Sequence record: MZ475895.1 | Strand: one strand, 5' to 3' | DNA length: 64,000 bases | Program-made: the position numbers and the translations under genes | The notes under the pieces: model-generated | Database searches by the model: none | Told to the model about the DNA's origin: nothing | Seen by the model: the letters and a program-made list of their open reading frames with translations, nothing else | Shown: one piece after another, positions 46,242 to 56,457 of the stretch | Position numbering within the stretch: the first letter of the stretch is position 1 | Layout of the letters: each line of letters starts with the position of its first letter

Positions 46242-46709
46242 TCACAACGCCAATCCAATCCCTATCGCTGCAACAATACGCGTAAACCAAATCTGCATGT
46301 TGGCCGACTTCTGGTCTTCTATACGCGCCTTCCTTTCTGCTGCTAAGTCTTCGGAATAACCGTTAGCACGCACCTCTTCGGCTTGTGCAAGTCTCAGCAA
46401 CTTGTTGCGCTCATCAATCGTCAGGTTAAGAGTCTCAAGCAGCTTGTTACGCTCCTCAGTTCTGTCCTTACCTGCCTTGTACAGATTTATTAGATCAACC
46501 ATCCCTTTCTTGTCCAGAGTTGCCAGCTTCTGATCGTCAACTTGCTTGAGCACAATCTGAGGCTTGGCAGGAACCTTTTCTGCTTCCCACTGAACTTTGT
46601 TGATCTGCTGAACATCCTGCATGGTAGTCTTTTTCTGAGCATCAATGTTACTCAGATTGGACGAACATCCGCACAGAATAAGGCACAACAGCATAATGAT
46701 AGTTTTCAT
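46242..46709 (-). CDS. lipoprotein, spanin-like
   Basis: Signal MKTIIMLLCLILCG/C, coiled-coil body, hydrophobic C-terminus. Confidence 0.65.
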   Translation of the reverse strand: MKTIIMLLCLILCGCSSNLSNIDAQKKTTMQDVQQINKVQWEAEKVPAKPQIVLKQVDDQKLATLDKKGMVDLINLYKAGKDRTEERNKLLETLNLTIDERNKLLRLAQAEEVRANGYSEDLAAERKARIEDQKSANMQIWFTRIVAAIGIGLAL

Positions 46710-47011
46710 AGCTTGTTGTATTTCTCCGCCAGATCATCCATAGAATCGTTTTCAGATGCGGGCTTAGGGTCAGTCTCAGGCTTCCGTTCGTTCAAGCCCG
46801 CCACAGCATCGTTGACAGTCTTGCTGTCTTGGACCTGATTGGCAATAGCTTGTTCTCGCGTATTCTCTGCGGCTTTCTCTTCACCTGACGTGATTGATTC
46901 ACTCGCTTTCGGACGACGAAAGAAAAGTGCAGCAACAATCAACACGACTACTGAGGCGAAAATCTTCCAGTACTTCTTAAAAATTTCAATAGCCTTCGAC
47001 ATACCAATCAC
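46706..47011 (-). CDS. inner-membrane spanin-like protein
   Basis: N-terminal TM IFASVVVLIVAALFF, polar helical body, overlaps lipoprotein gene. Confidence 0.5.
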   Translation of the reverse strand: MIGMSKAIEIFKKYWKIFASVVVLIVAALFFRRPKASESITSGEEKAAENTREQAIANQVQDSKTVNDAVAGLNERKPETDPKPASENDSMDDLAEKYNKL

Positions 47012-47332
47012 CTATTGGTTGTTATCGTTCTGATCAGTGTTCTGACCGTCAGCATCTTCTTTCTTTGACTTGGAGATTTGAGTGTTAATCAAGTTCTCTA
47101 CCGTAAAAGCAAGAGAGAAATAGGTAAGATGATCTGTTTGGCCACTGCGAATCAAACTAATCATCATGCCTGTAGAGACGCATAGTGCCGCGATACTTGC
47201 GACAGGATTGAGCGTCCAGTACTCTTTCCATCCCAAGTGTTCGCGTCGCGTCTTAACGATATAGTTCATCAACACTCCGCCGATGTATGTGCAGGTGAAG
47301 GCGAAAATATCGGTATACGACAAATGCTCCAT
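47012..47332 (-). CDS. holin-like membrane protein
   Basis: 106 aa, 2-3 TM segments, charged C-tail, upstream of spanin-like genes. Confidence 0.5.
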   Translation of the reverse strand: MEHLSYTDIFAFTCTYIGGVLMNYIVKTRREHLGWKEYWTLNPVASIAALCVSTGMMISLIRSGQTDHLTYFSLAFTVENLINTQISKSKKEDADGQNTDQNDNNQ

Positions 47333-47352
47333 TGATCAATACTCCGTATCGA

Positions 47353-47382
47353 CAAAAGAAAAGGGAAGCCGAAGCCTCCCTC
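47353..47382 (-). terminator. intrinsic terminator
   Basis: minus strand GGGAGGC-TTCG-GCTTCCC-TTTTCTTTT. Confidence 0.8.
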
Positions 47383-47387
47383 ATGTA

Positions 47388-47627
47388 TCACAGCTGATCA
47401 GCGGTAATCTGACCTGCTTGATATAGTTCACGCTTGCGTTCTTTCCATGTAGATGATACTTCTGAGAAGAACTCTTTCAGACGGTCGTCATCTAGCTCGA
47501 ACGGCTGATCAACGCCATACTTGGTACATAAGGCATTGAACGTGGATTGGTACTCAGATTGCAGTAAGGACTTACCAGCACTAACTGACGTATATTCCTT
47601 AGCTGCCAAAGCAACTCGAATTTGCAT
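47388..47627 (-). CDS. hypothetical protein
   Basis: 79 aa, GAGGAG RBS, TAATTT 28 nt upstream. Confidence 0.7.
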   Translation of the reverse strand: MQIRVALAAKEYTSVSAGKSLLQSEYQSTFNALCTKYGVDQPFELDDDRLKEFFSEVSSTWKERKRELYQAGQITADQL

Positions 47628-47662
47628 AACAGGCTCCTCGTATTAGACTCTAGTAAATTAGC

Positions 47663-48268
47663 TTACTTGAAAGTAATAACGAGGTCGTTGATTACTGTGG
47701 CTTTCGATTGATCGTTGCCTGTTGTAGCGTTGGCATAGACCTTACCACCAGCAATGCGAAGCTCTGCGCTGCTGTTCTCGTTACCCACTGAACCCACTGC
47801 AATGAAGTCGCAGTAGTATGAAGCGGTAGGCAAGCCTGTTGTCAGATTCAGCGCTAACGAACCACCAGCAACAAGCGCGAACCACGTAGGCGTTGCATCC
47901 TTAGTGATATAGCTGTTGCGGGTATCGGTGTTAGCAGCAACCAGTTTGGTGTTCATGGCAGCACCGAGAGTAATCGGTACGTTACTTGCCATAAGCGTTA
48001 TGCTAGGCTTTAAGCCACCAACGCCACCAACGTAGTCTGCGTTGCGTGCGGTCAGGAACGAAGTCAGGTTCTGATAAGCTGCGTTCGAGCCTGCGTGCTG
48101 CGTAGCGCCGTTCAGAAAAGCATTCATCTCAGCTTTAGTTGGCTGAGTACCTGTGAACAGCAACACTGCCACGTTCATTGAAGCATACGCGGTAGGCACA
48201 GAGCCAGACACATATGTTGAGATAGCGTTGCGCTGCATTGCGTTTGCTGTAGCTGGTAACATTCTCAT
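47663..48268 (-). CDS. virion structural paralogue (short type)
   Basis: LLFTGTQP...PTWF...GSVGNENSSAEL.I. Confidence 0.7.
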   Translation of the reverse strand: MRMLPATANAMQRNAISTYVSGSVPTAYASMNVAVLLFTGTQPTKAEMNAFLNGATQHAGSNAAYQNLTSFLTARNADYVGGVGGLKPSITLMASNVPITLGAAMNTKLVAANTDTRNSYITKDATPTWFALVAGGSLALNLTTGLPTASYYCDFIAVGSVGNENSSAELRIAGGKVYANATTGNDQSKATVINDLVITFK

Positions 48269-49170
48269 TACACACTCTCCAGGAAGTTATCAGCGATGCG
48301 GAACGACAGGTCAGGCACGGCTTGCTGTGTGAACTTACCGATGTTAGGCACACCCAGCGTCATATCAGTAGGCACGTCAAGCACCAGACCATAATAGTCG
48401 TCTGCAACGTTACCCAGATAGTTGTTCGCGCCAGAAGGCATAGCAAGCAGCAACGGAACCAACACAACGTGCGTGAGAGCAGCGCTAACGTATTCACTGG
48501 ACCGTTCTGCATACAGCGTGAAGGACTGATAGGCTGTGGTTGCTGTCTTGCATGTGATGCGAATACGACGAGTAGTAATGTCCAAACCATCGTTCATGCC
48601 TTGAGCAAGCCCTGTGATTGACGTCCACACGTTGTTGCTGTCCAGATAGCTAATGTCAAACCAACCACTGCTTGGAAGCTGTGCAGAGTTAATCATCATA
48701 CCACGTATATGCAACGAGCGACCGTAATCGTACTCAACCACATCGCCTAACGCCCATGAAGGAGAAACAGGGCTGGTGAAGTCGAATGCGGCAGAGAGCT
48801 GTGCGCACACTTGCTGGGGCGTGTTGTTCGTACCAATAGCAGGCGTGAGGCGCGAATACTCAGGGTAAGTAGCAAACGTATCAACAGACGCACCAGCAAT
48901 GAACTGAGTGCGTTTCTGGCCATAGCCGCCAATAGGAAGCATTGAACGACCACGACTGAACTGACGAGTCAACAGGCCATTTGCTTCTGTGCCTTGAGAC
49001 TGGAACTTATATTCCACAGCACAACGTGAGCTTGCAATCAAGTCCATGAGTGTGCGTGGAATGGATGCGCTACTACCGTTACGGAAGAAAGCAGCAAACC
49101 CGCTAGAGTTAGCAGCCGTGCCTACTGTCTGTAGGAACTGGTATAGCGCAACTTTTTCAGAGACTAACAT
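48268..49170 (-). CDS. virion structural paralogue (long type, discoidin-like insert)
   Basis: EYDYG...WT...RRIRI. Confidence 0.65.
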   Translation of the reverse strand: MLVSEKVALYQFLQTVGTAANSSGFAAFFRNGSSASIPRTLMDLIASSRCAVEYKFQSQGTEANGLLTRQFSRGRSMLPIGGYGQKRTQFIAGASVDTFATYPEYSRLTPAIGTNNTPQQVCAQLSAAFDFTSPVSPSWALGDVVEYDYGRSLHIRGMMINSAQLPSSGWFDISYLDSNNVWTSITGLAQGMNDGLDITTRRIRITCKTATTAYQSFTLYAERSSEYVSAALTHVVLVPLLLAMPSGANNYLGNVADDYYGLVLDVPTDMTLGVPNIGKFTQQAVPDLSFRIADNFLESV

Positions 49171-49179
49171 CGTGCCTCC

Positions 49180-49710
49180 TTAGAGCTTGATGCGAATGTC
49201 AGATGGACGCAAGGCAACGTTAGCAGTTACGGTACCGCCAACGATTTTAAGATCCGCTGTGGAGTTCTCATCACCGACAGTTCCCCAGACCAACGCACTG
49301 CACGTAGTAGAGGCAGACCAGTTCGCAAACGCAGATCCCGCTGAGGCCGCTGCGCACAAACGCATCATGAACCAAGTAGGCGTGCCTGACGTAGCGATCA
49401 CAAAGTTGTTAGCCTGTGAACTAAGAGGGATAACAAGCGACAGCGCATCTGGGTCGATAGTCGGTACGATAGACAGACACGCTAAGTCACCGAGAAAGTT
49501 TGACGCTGTAGCGAAAGGTGCAACCGCAGCAGCCGTCCACGTAGGCAGCTGACTGGATCCCAACAGAGCGAGGATCTGATCGTCTGTAGGCATAGTTCCG
49601 TTGAACAGACCTACATGCAGCACGTTGTCCAACATAGTTGAGTTAGGAACAAAACGCAGCAGCAGGTTGACCAAACTCTGGTTACTATTGAAAGAAGCAG
49701 ATACACGCAT
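49180..49710 (-). CDS. virion structural paralogue (short type)
   Basis: GLFNGTMP...PTWF...GTVGDENSTADL.I; start MRVSAS. Confidence 0.7.
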   Translation of the reverse strand: MRVSASFNSNQSLVNLLLRFVPNSTMLDNVLHVGLFNGTMPTDDQILALLGSSQLPTWTAAAVAPFATASNFLGDLACLSIVPTIDPDALSLVIPLSSQANNFVIATSGTPTWFMMRLCAAASAGSAFANWSASTTCSALVWGTVGDENSTADLKIVGGTVTANVALRPSDIRIKL

Positions 49711-50774
49711 TAGTAGTTCTCCAGAGTTACAGGACGCAGGTTGATAACAAGACTCGGGCACAGTTGCTCCTGTGCAGGAATCACAGTCGCGTCAGGCATA
49801 AGAATGTCGTTTGATGCAGAGACTTTCAGATCGTCTGTCACGCTAAGGCCAAAGTGGTTGAAGACACGCCCGTAGTTATACCCAGACTGATTCGACACCG
49901 CAGGGATAGCAGTGAATGACGTGGCAAAAGCAAACAAGCATCCAACCATGTGACCGATTTTACTCATGGTACGCGGTGAAGTGCCTGAAACGTAGTCGCC
50001 ATAGAAGTGCAGCGCGAACTGACCAAAGCCCGTAGGCCACTGAGTCACAGCGTTAGCAGCTTTAGTCACTAAACGGAAACGACGTCCAGTAACAGTTGAA
50101 GGCAACTGGAAGTATTTCTCCGAGGCTGCACTGGCGTTGAACAGGTTAGCTGTTACGCTAGTAACGTCAGTCCAGCTACTGCCATTCTGCACCTGCAGGA
50201 AGACCATATACGGAGCAGATGAGACCAAGACGTTATTGCTGCCTGTAGCGAACGTCAATGACGCCAGAGAGTTGATAGCAACATCAGCACCAAAATCGTA
50301 CTCAGCAATCGTCCACGAACCATCTGTGTTCTGCACACGAGGTTGAGGTAGAGAAGCTGTAGCATTCGCAGGGAATGGAATTAAGTTAGCGGCCGTAGTT
50401 GACGCACAACGATGTGCCAGAATCGTGAAGAAGATTTGGTCTAACTGTAAGGCAACGTTGGTCAATGAGTTTTGCGACAGCACGTTCGCATAGTCTGTGC
50501 TATACGTAGGCAGATTCACTTTAGGCAACACGCGTTTGCCACGATAACCTTGAACAGTAGTCCACGCTGGTGCAGGAGATACCTGATATGCTGTCACTGT
50601 GTTCGGCGTAGCTGTGAACTGACCGCCACTTGGAGCCGCTGTAAAAGAACGCGCAGACAGCATGTTGTTCAGCACTGTTTGCAGATCATAGTTCAAGGGA
50701 TCCGGCATAGCTCCCTCAAGGAATGCACCGTAGATTTGCTGCGTGGTACTCGAATTAAATGGAGCGAGTTTCAT
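49710..50774 (-). CDS. virion structural paralogue (long type, discoidin-like insert)
   Basis: EYDFGA...LQVQNGSSWTDV...GRRFRLV; start MKLAPF. Confidence 0.7.
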   Translation of the reverse strand: MKLAPFNSSTTQQIYGAFLEGAMPDPLNYDLQTVLNNMLSARSFTAAPSGGQFTATPNTVTAYQVSPAPAWTTVQGYRGKRVLPKVNLPTYSTDYANVLSQNSLTNVALQLDQIFFTILAHRCASTTAANLIPFPANATASLPQPRVQNTDGSWTIAEYDFGADVAINSLASLTFATGSNNVLVSSAPYMVFLQVQNGSSWTDVTSVTANLFNASAASEKYFQLPSTVTGRRFRLVTKAANAVTQWPTGFGQFALHFYGDYVSGTSPRTMSKIGHMVGCLFAFATSFTAIPAVSNQSGYNYGRVFNHFGLSVTDDLKVSASNDILMPDATVIPAQEQLCPSLVINLRPVTLENY

Positions 50775-50811
50775 ATTATGCCCTTGTGTTGAAGACACAT
50801 CAAATTAATGA

Positions 50812-50834
50812 GTGCGGCACATATAGCACCGCAC
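50812..50834 (-). terminator. intergenic hairpin (terminator or processing site)
   Basis: GTGCGGTGC-TATAT-GTGCCGCAC, weak U-tract, followed by TAATTT. Confidence 0.45.
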
Positions 50835-50840
50835 ACAATC

Positions 50841-51371
50841 TTATACCTGGAACGACAGATCGAGGAAGCGATATGCCTGACTGGTCTTAATCGTGCCGCC
50901 GATGAACTGTAGTTCAGCATCAGAGCCTTCTGCACCGACAGTGCCGATAATCACAGGCCCTGCAAGCAGCGTACCAGGAGAAGACGTTAGCATGAAGTTA
51001 GCCCATGAAGCCACAGCGGCCGCACCCGCAGCGGCAACGATACGAGCTACGAAGTAGGTAGGTGTACCATCAGCCACGCCAACAAGTGTACGACTACTAC
51101 CCGCAAGAGGCAGAGAGATTGTACGAGATGAAGGGTTGACAGAAGGTGTAAGGTTATCAATGGCGATAGAGCCAAGGAAGTTAGCCTGCGTCAAACCTAA
51201 ACCTGTACCACCCAGCACGTTCCAACCCGAAGTTAGAGACATAGCCATGAGATTTTTCATCTGAGGCTTAGTGCCTTTAAACAGACCGATATGCAACGTA
51301 TTTGCCGCAATTGCAGTAGCAGGAAACACTGAGTTCAGTTGAGCCAAAGAAAGGCCACGGTTACTAATCAT
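50841..51371 (-). CDS. virion structural paralogue (short type)
   Basis: GLFKGTKP...PTYF...GTVGAEGSDAEL. Confidence 0.7.
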   Translation of the reverse strand: MISNRGLSLAQLNSVFPATAIAANTLHIGLFKGTKPQMKNLMAMSLTSGWNVLGGTGLGLTQANFLGSIAIDNLTPSVNPSSRTISLPLAGSSRTLVGVADGTPTYFVARIVAAAGAAAVASWANFMLTSSPGTLLAGPVIIGTVGAEGSDAELQFIGGTIKTSQAYRFLDLSFQV

Positions 51372-52444
51372 ACGCCTCTCCCTACAATTGCATCAGCACG
51401 AACTTTGAAAGCAGGCACAGGCACGTCCGTAAACTTGTCTAGCGTGTAAGTTGCGTCACGCATGTAGATGTCCGAAGTGGCTGCTTTCGTCAGGTCATCT
51501 GTGATAGTCACGTGGAACATCGCGCAGTAACGGCCAAGCACTGTAGTAATAGCAGCAGGATAGTTGAAAGCCCACTCAGTGGTAGTAGTATAGCCCGCGG
51601 CAGGGATTACATGCAGCATAGTCATGTGCTTGTACTTGCCCAATGTACGTGGCTTGGTAGTGGTATAGTTGCCAAAGAAATGCAAACCAAACGGATAGTG
51701 ACCAACAGTAGACCACGGGAAGGTCGGGTTCTTATTCACTACGCGGAACTTCTGCGCTTTAACAGAAGCAGGAAGAACGTAATGATTCGAACCGTAGTTA
51801 GTGGACACACGGGTAGCTGCGTATACGTCTACTGCATCTATCCACTGCCCGTCAACTTGAGCCTGCAAAATAGTTTGCTGGGTATTCGTTATCATGTACG
51901 TGCTGTTGGTAGAACCACATGTTGTGCCGAGGATGCTCTTGAGTTCAATCTCTGCACCGAAGTCGTACTCAGCACACAGCCACCAGCCTTCCGCAGTTGT
52001 GTTATAGATATTACTTAACACGCGGTTGCCTGATGTAGAGAAGGCAACAATCGTATCAAAGTGATGCGCAATCATCGCAGCAGCTACAGCCTCGTTGTAA
52101 TACTGAGCCTGAATAGAGAAACGCTGATCGATAGGTGCGAAACGAATTTTAGGCACGATACGCTTAGCACCAGCAGGCACGGCAATAGCTGAGTTACGTG
52201 CAACGGTTTCGATCCAAGAAGGAACAAAGTTGTTACCGCTAAACGTTGTATTGCTAATGCTTGGCGTAAACTGAGAAGCGATTGGCGATCCAATACGCGC
52301 CATGTTAAACAGACGTATAGCAACAGCTTCATTGAATGCGCTGTGAATCCCTTTCTCACCATCGGCAGGAGCATCAGTATCATAGAGCAGACCAAAATAC
52401 TGAGCGTTGCCTGATAGCAGAGGGTTGTACGGTAGAATCTCCAT
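51368..52444 (-). CDS. virion structural paralogue (long type, discoidin-like insert)
   Basis: EYDFGAE...LQAQVDGQW...AQKFRVV. Confidence 0.7.
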   Translation of the reverse strand: MEILPYNPLLSGNAQYFGLLYDTDAPADGEKGIHSAFNEAVAIRLFNMARIGSPIASQFTPSISNTTFSGNNFVPSWIETVARNSAIAVPAGAKRIVPKIRFAPIDQRFSIQAQYYNEAVAAAMIAHHFDTIVAFSTSGNRVLSNIYNTTAEGWWLCAEYDFGAEIELKSILGTTCGSTNSTYMITNTQQTILQAQVDGQWIDAVDVYAATRVSTNYGSNHYVLPASVKAQKFRVVNKNPTFPWSTVGHYPFGLHFFGNYTTTKPRTLGKYKHMTMLHVIPAAGYTTTTEWAFNYPAAITTVLGRYCAMFHVTITDDLTKAATSDIYMRDATYTLDKFTDVPVPAFKVRADAIVGRGV

Positions 52445-52451
52445 AATGTCC

Positions 52452-53033
52452 TCAGCTAAAAGTTATGTTATTGAGAACGATAGGACCGCTCAGTGTATAG
52501 GTACCATCACCGTTGTCAGTCAGAGTCGCACCCATCTGAGTCAGGTCAGCAGGCGTAAGCTCAACAACTGAGGGTATCGCAGTTGTTGTACCGATGGCGG
52601 CAACACCACTAAGGAACAAATACATGCGATTGAACGGTTGCGTGTATGTGATGCGACCCAAGTTCTGAATCAGAATATCCAACATGCGAGTACCATCACC
52701 CTGATTGATGATACGCACAGCGTTAGAACTGGAATTCACGACTGCGCTCATCGTACAGTTAACGCCAGCAGCATTCAGCGCTGTGCTCAGAGCATTGATC
52801 GTGATGTTCGACGCATACAGCGTATTCCAAATAGAGTCTGGAATGGTGTCGCCTGTAGAGAAAAGAATAGCTGCTCCTACTTCTGTACTGTAAGGAGCGC
52901 CGCCACCTTGCACAGCAACAGCATTATAGGGAGTCACTAGTGCTGGCACCCAAGGCGCATCCACTGGAGAACTTGAGTTGTTAGAACTCAGAGCATCACC
53001 ACGCATGTTCATCATGGCTTTAGAAATATACAT
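52452..53033 (-). CDS. probable virion structural protein (short type)
   Basis: 193 aa, in alternating array. Confidence 0.6.
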   Translation of the reverse strand: MYISKAMMNMRGDALSSNNSSSPVDAPWVPALVTPYNAVAVQGGGAPYSTEVGAAILFSTGDTIPDSIWNTLYASNITINALSTALNAAGVNCTMSAVVNSSSNAVRIINQGDGTRMLDILIQNLGRITYTQPFNRMYLFLSGVAAIGTTTAIPSVVELTPADLTQMGATLTDNGDGTYTLSGPIVLNNITFS

Positions 53034-53935
53034 CAGCTACTCCTTGTGGTGAAGCGCAGCTTAGGACAATACATGATTGTCTTCTGGTTAGGAATAACGT
53101 CGCCCACGATCTTGAATGGACCTGACGTACCGCACGCACCGGCCGCAAACATAATGTCATCAGAGTAGTCAATGCTACCATGAGTGAACGTATTGCAGTG
53201 AGTGAAAGCAGCCCACGTAGGAGCAGTTGCAGCAGCGCTTGGTGCAGCATCTACGGAACTCAACAGGATGCGAGGCATGGACGCAGTGGTGCCTGAGTAT
53301 TTGAAGCGATAGCGCTTAGCCGCACGTGGCGTAGACAGAGCGAGACAAGTAGCCTCACCAGCAACAGCCGTAGCACTACCTAACGCATATTCAGTCGCAC
53401 CATCGTCAGACAACGCCACCAGCGTAAAGCCATCAGAAACAGTGCCGAGGAATTTGATGTGCGTTACAGTAACCGCAGTATCAAACTCAATGTCCGTATT
53501 GCTCGAAGCGGAACGTGAATACACGGACGCTACGGACCCAACGCCAAGAGGCAGCGTGATGTTTCTGTCAGTGAATCCGCTACGCGTAATGCGATTAGGC
53601 AGAAGCTGATTAACAGCGAGCGCAGCAGTACCCACAGTGCCGTAATACGAAACGCCTTTAGGTATGTACTGCGACTGTAGAGCAAGCGCAATAACGTTAC
53701 CGTTTTCTGTTCCTGTCACAGGATTACGCACGATACCAATCGCTTGGTTGTACATGTCCGCAAGTGACTTCTGGTTGAAAGCCGCAGCGAAGCCCGCATC
53801 AGATGTAGGCAGCTTACCGCTAAATGCAAAGATATTCCAGCCGGCGCCTACGTTCGGGTCATTCAGGACACCAGCTACGTTTGAGGCCGACCCAACAACT
53901 GCTTGAGCCATTTGGCGAGTATTGATGATTTTCAT
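53033..53935 (-). CDS. virion structural paralogue (long type)
   Basis: FAFSGKLP, IEFDTAV, AKRYRF, PTW, GACG. Confidence 0.65.
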   Translation of the reverse strand: MKIINTRQMAQAVVGSASNVAGVLNDPNVGAGWNIFAFSGKLPTSDAGFAAAFNQKSLADMYNQAIGIVRNPVTGTENGNVIALALQSQYIPKGVSYYGTVGTAALAVNQLLPNRITRSGFTDRNITLPLGVGSVASVYSRSASSNTDIEFDTAVTVTHIKFLGTVSDGFTLVALSDDGATEYALGSATAVAGEATCLALSTPRAAKRYRFKYSGTTASMPRILLSSVDAAPSAAATAPTWAAFTHCNTFTHGSIDYSDDIMFAAGACGTSGPFKIVGDVIPNQKTIMYCPKLRFTTRSS

Positions 53936-54393
53936 TATCCCACCACCGGTGCAACAGGTTTGTTGGTAACTTTCGTATCGGACAGATCGAGATTACCTGT
54001 CTGCACACGAAACACGATGTTATCAAACAGCACGTCCAGTGTTGCTGTTGTGACGAACTGGCCACACACCACAGGCGCGTACTGCACAGGCGCTGGTGGG
54101 TTTGAGTTGAACGACTCAGGCATAAACTTAGACTGAGACTGCGTAGCCAGCACAGGTTTAAGCGTCAGAGTATCAACAGCCGCAGTACGCTTGCGCTGAA
54201 TGAGCGACCACACATTCGCACCCAGCGTTAACGAAATGGCGGTAGCGCTAGTACGCGTCAGACTAATAGCAGACTGGTTTTCGTTGTCGTACTTACGGTT
54301 AGGCTGAGAGGAGCTGCTAATCTCTTGCTGTGAAAGCACGAACGTAAAGTCCGCAAACATATCTGGGTCATATGTGACGACAGGAATAAACAT
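53935..54393 (-). CDS. probable virion protein
   Basis: MFIPVVTYD shared with 57105 gene (MHIPVVSYE). Confidence 0.6.
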   Translation of the reverse strand: MFIPVVTYDPDMFADFTFVLSQQEISSSSQPNRKYDNENQSAISLTRTSATAISLTLGANVWSLIQRKRTAAVDTLTLKPVLATQSQSKFMPESFNSNPPAPVQYAPVVCGQFVTTATLDVLFDNIVFRVQTGNLDLSDTKVTNKPVAPVVG

Positions 54394-54395
54394 CG

Positions 54396-55490
54396 TTACA
54401 CTCCTTGGCGAATGCTGTATTTGTCAATGATAGGCGTGTAGGCCGCATTCGCACTTGAACCATAACCGCCTGTAACGATACTTCCAGTAACATTCGGCTT
54501 AACAATCGCATACGTGAAGCTATCCACAACAGTACCGTTGATGGAAATAGTATGGATGTTTGACAGTGCGTTATACACATACTTGATGTGGACGTTGCTG
54601 GTGGTTTTCATCGCGGCATATGCAGCAATAGGACGAACCACTTTAGCAGCAGCCGCACCGCCACCTGAGTTGTTCCACAACAGGAAGCCTTTCTCGTTCG
54701 AACGGTCAAACGATAGCGTCAGTCTGTCAGTTAACGTGGTGCCCATCTTGAGCAGCGTGAACTCAGAGTAGTCCGTAGTGCTTGACTGACGATAATCAAA
54801 CTCAATGGTGAATGACTGACTCAGATCGATATTGGACGTGAGAGACATAACGCCTGTCGTGCCTAAATCGATACCAGCAGCACCGTCAGCAGGAGCTTTA
54901 GCGTTACCACTTACAGTCGCAGTGGCTCCAAGATAGTCAGCAAAGCTGGTGGCGCCAGGCGTCCACAACGAACTGTCCAGAGCTACAACCTCTGAACCGC
55001 CAAGCCATGTCGCTGTTGTGTTCTCTACCCACATGTTGGTCAGTGGAATAGTGAAGCTGTTGATCGTAATCTGCGTCTTATATCCCGCTGCATCGTACTT
55101 GATGTTCAGGTCAGGATAAAGCAGAGTAACGTCCGTGCCTACAGTCAGACACACAGGCAAGATGCCACCCAGAATAAGATGAGTAGGCACGCCTTCTGCA
55201 ACTGCGGTCAACAGGCAATCAGATACGGAAATCTTCTGACGGTCGATAGTGCGAACGCAGTTGGTGCCTTTAGCCAGCACAGTACAGATACCGCTAGACG
55301 CTGCTAGTGCTGCATCAAACGAGTAACCTGCACCAGTCTGTGTCTGATAGTTAAGGCACTTATTAATGTCTGTCTCAGTGAATCCGTTGTTGAGACGAAC
55401 GAGATAACAGGACTTATCGTCGGCGGTAGCCTGAGCAAACAGACGAGTAAGCTGAGGTACGGCAGATGCTGCAAATAAACTGTATTTCAT
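54396..55490 (-). CDS. virion protein with C-terminal LamG/concanavalin-like domain
   Basis: start MKYSLF; FTIEFDY...HIKYVY...ISINGTVV...IDKYSI. Confidence 0.65.
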   Translation of the reverse strand: MKYSLFAASAVPQLTRLFAQATADDKSCYLVRLNNGFTETDINKCLNYQTQTGAGYSFDAALAASSGICTVLAKGTNCVRTIDRQKISVSDCLLTAVAEGVPTHLILGGILPVCLTVGTDVTLLYPDLNIKYDAAGYKTQITINSFTIPLTNMWVENTTATWLGGSEVVALDSSLWTPGATSFADYLGATATVSGNAKAPADGAAGIDLGTTGVMSLTSNIDLSQSFTIEFDYRQSSTTDYSEFTLLKMGTTLTDRLTLSFDRSNEKGFLLWNNSGGGAAAAKVVRPIAAYAAMKTTSNVHIKYVYNALSNIHTISINGTVVDSFTYAIVKPNVTGSIVTGGYGSSANAAYTPIIDKYSIRQGV

Positions 55491-55491
55491 G

Positions 55492-56448
55492 TTATACCTC
55501 AGTAGACAGGCGCATCTGAGCGATAGTAGCGAACTCACCCGGGCCCAATGCGGTAGCCTGTACTTCGATTGGCTTACCACTACCGATAGCTCCGACTTCG
55601 CAAGCGAAATAAGTTGGGATGTAGTTGCCATTTGCCAAAGCACCATAGTTGGTATCTTGAATCACGACGATAGCGCTTTGCACAGTCTTGTAACTCGCAT
55701 TCACACCAACATCAGATGCAGTCACAGGAATAGCGCGGCGGTTAGCTACAGAGTGGACAAGTCTAAAGCGATTGCTTGCAGCAGGCACGGTGGCCAGCAT
55801 GTTACCTTCCTGGTTGGCTGCAATAGACCACGCAACAGCAGTTCCAATAGAACCATCACTGTTGATAGGAGCAATCGTACCACTCGTAATCAGCGACTGA
55901 TCGTTAACGTCAGACAGCATGGCATTGATCGTTACCACGTTGTCATACGTCAGGTCAGTAGTTGATAAGTGAATCCCAGGCTGCGCTGCATCGTGAGGGA
56001 TACCCGCATAGTCCCAAGGACGATAGCCCGCTTGACCAATACCCCACAGTGCTTTGTTGCCTGCATCGATCGAGGTAGTGTACGCAGTTTGAATCGCAAC
56101 GTTTGCAGCAGCCGAGTAGCCTACAGGAAATGCCTTAGAAGGATAGTGAATCGTTGCCCCGTTCTTTGGTTCGTACACAGAACCCGAACGCGCTTTCCAT
56201 CCCTCAGACAAATCAAGCAGTGGCAGCAGGCCTTCTGTTGTTGGACGCAATACTACCTTCGTTGCAGCAACTGCGTTGTTGAACAGGTTGCGCATGTCAG
56301 TCAAATGCTGGCGGAAGTTGCCTTGATCTGCAATGGTGTTCTCAAAGAAGAACACGTTGGCGATAATACCATTGGACGCTGTATTCGCCCAGCCGGAGCC
56401 TTGCTGTAGCACAGACAGCGGCAGAATGTTATGTCCTAAGATACGCAT
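55492..56448 (-). CDS. virion structural paralogue (long type)
   Basis: PTYFACEVGAIGSG; NRFRLV. Confidence 0.65.
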   Translation of the reverse strand: MRILGHNILPLSVLQQGSGWANTASNGIIANVFFFENTIADQGNFRQHLTDMRNLFNNAVAATKVVLRPTTEGLLPLLDLSEGWKARSGSVYEPKNGATIHYPSKAFPVGYSAAANVAIQTAYTTSIDAGNKALWGIGQAGYRPWDYAGIPHDAAQPGIHLSTTDLTYDNVVTINAMLSDVNDQSLITSGTIAPINSDGSIGTAVAWSIAANQEGNMLATVPAASNRFRLVHSVANRRAIPVTASDVGVNASYKTVQSAIVVIQDTNYGALANGNYIPTYFACEVGAIGSGKPIEVQATALGPGEFATIAQMRLSTEV

Positions 56449-56457
56449 CAGAACCTC

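Noticed and set aside
54396-55646. ORF-track start at 55646 giving a 416-aa protein
   Set aside because: Overlaps the upstream gene by about 150 nt; ATG at 55490 has a GAGG RBS and matches paralogue starts
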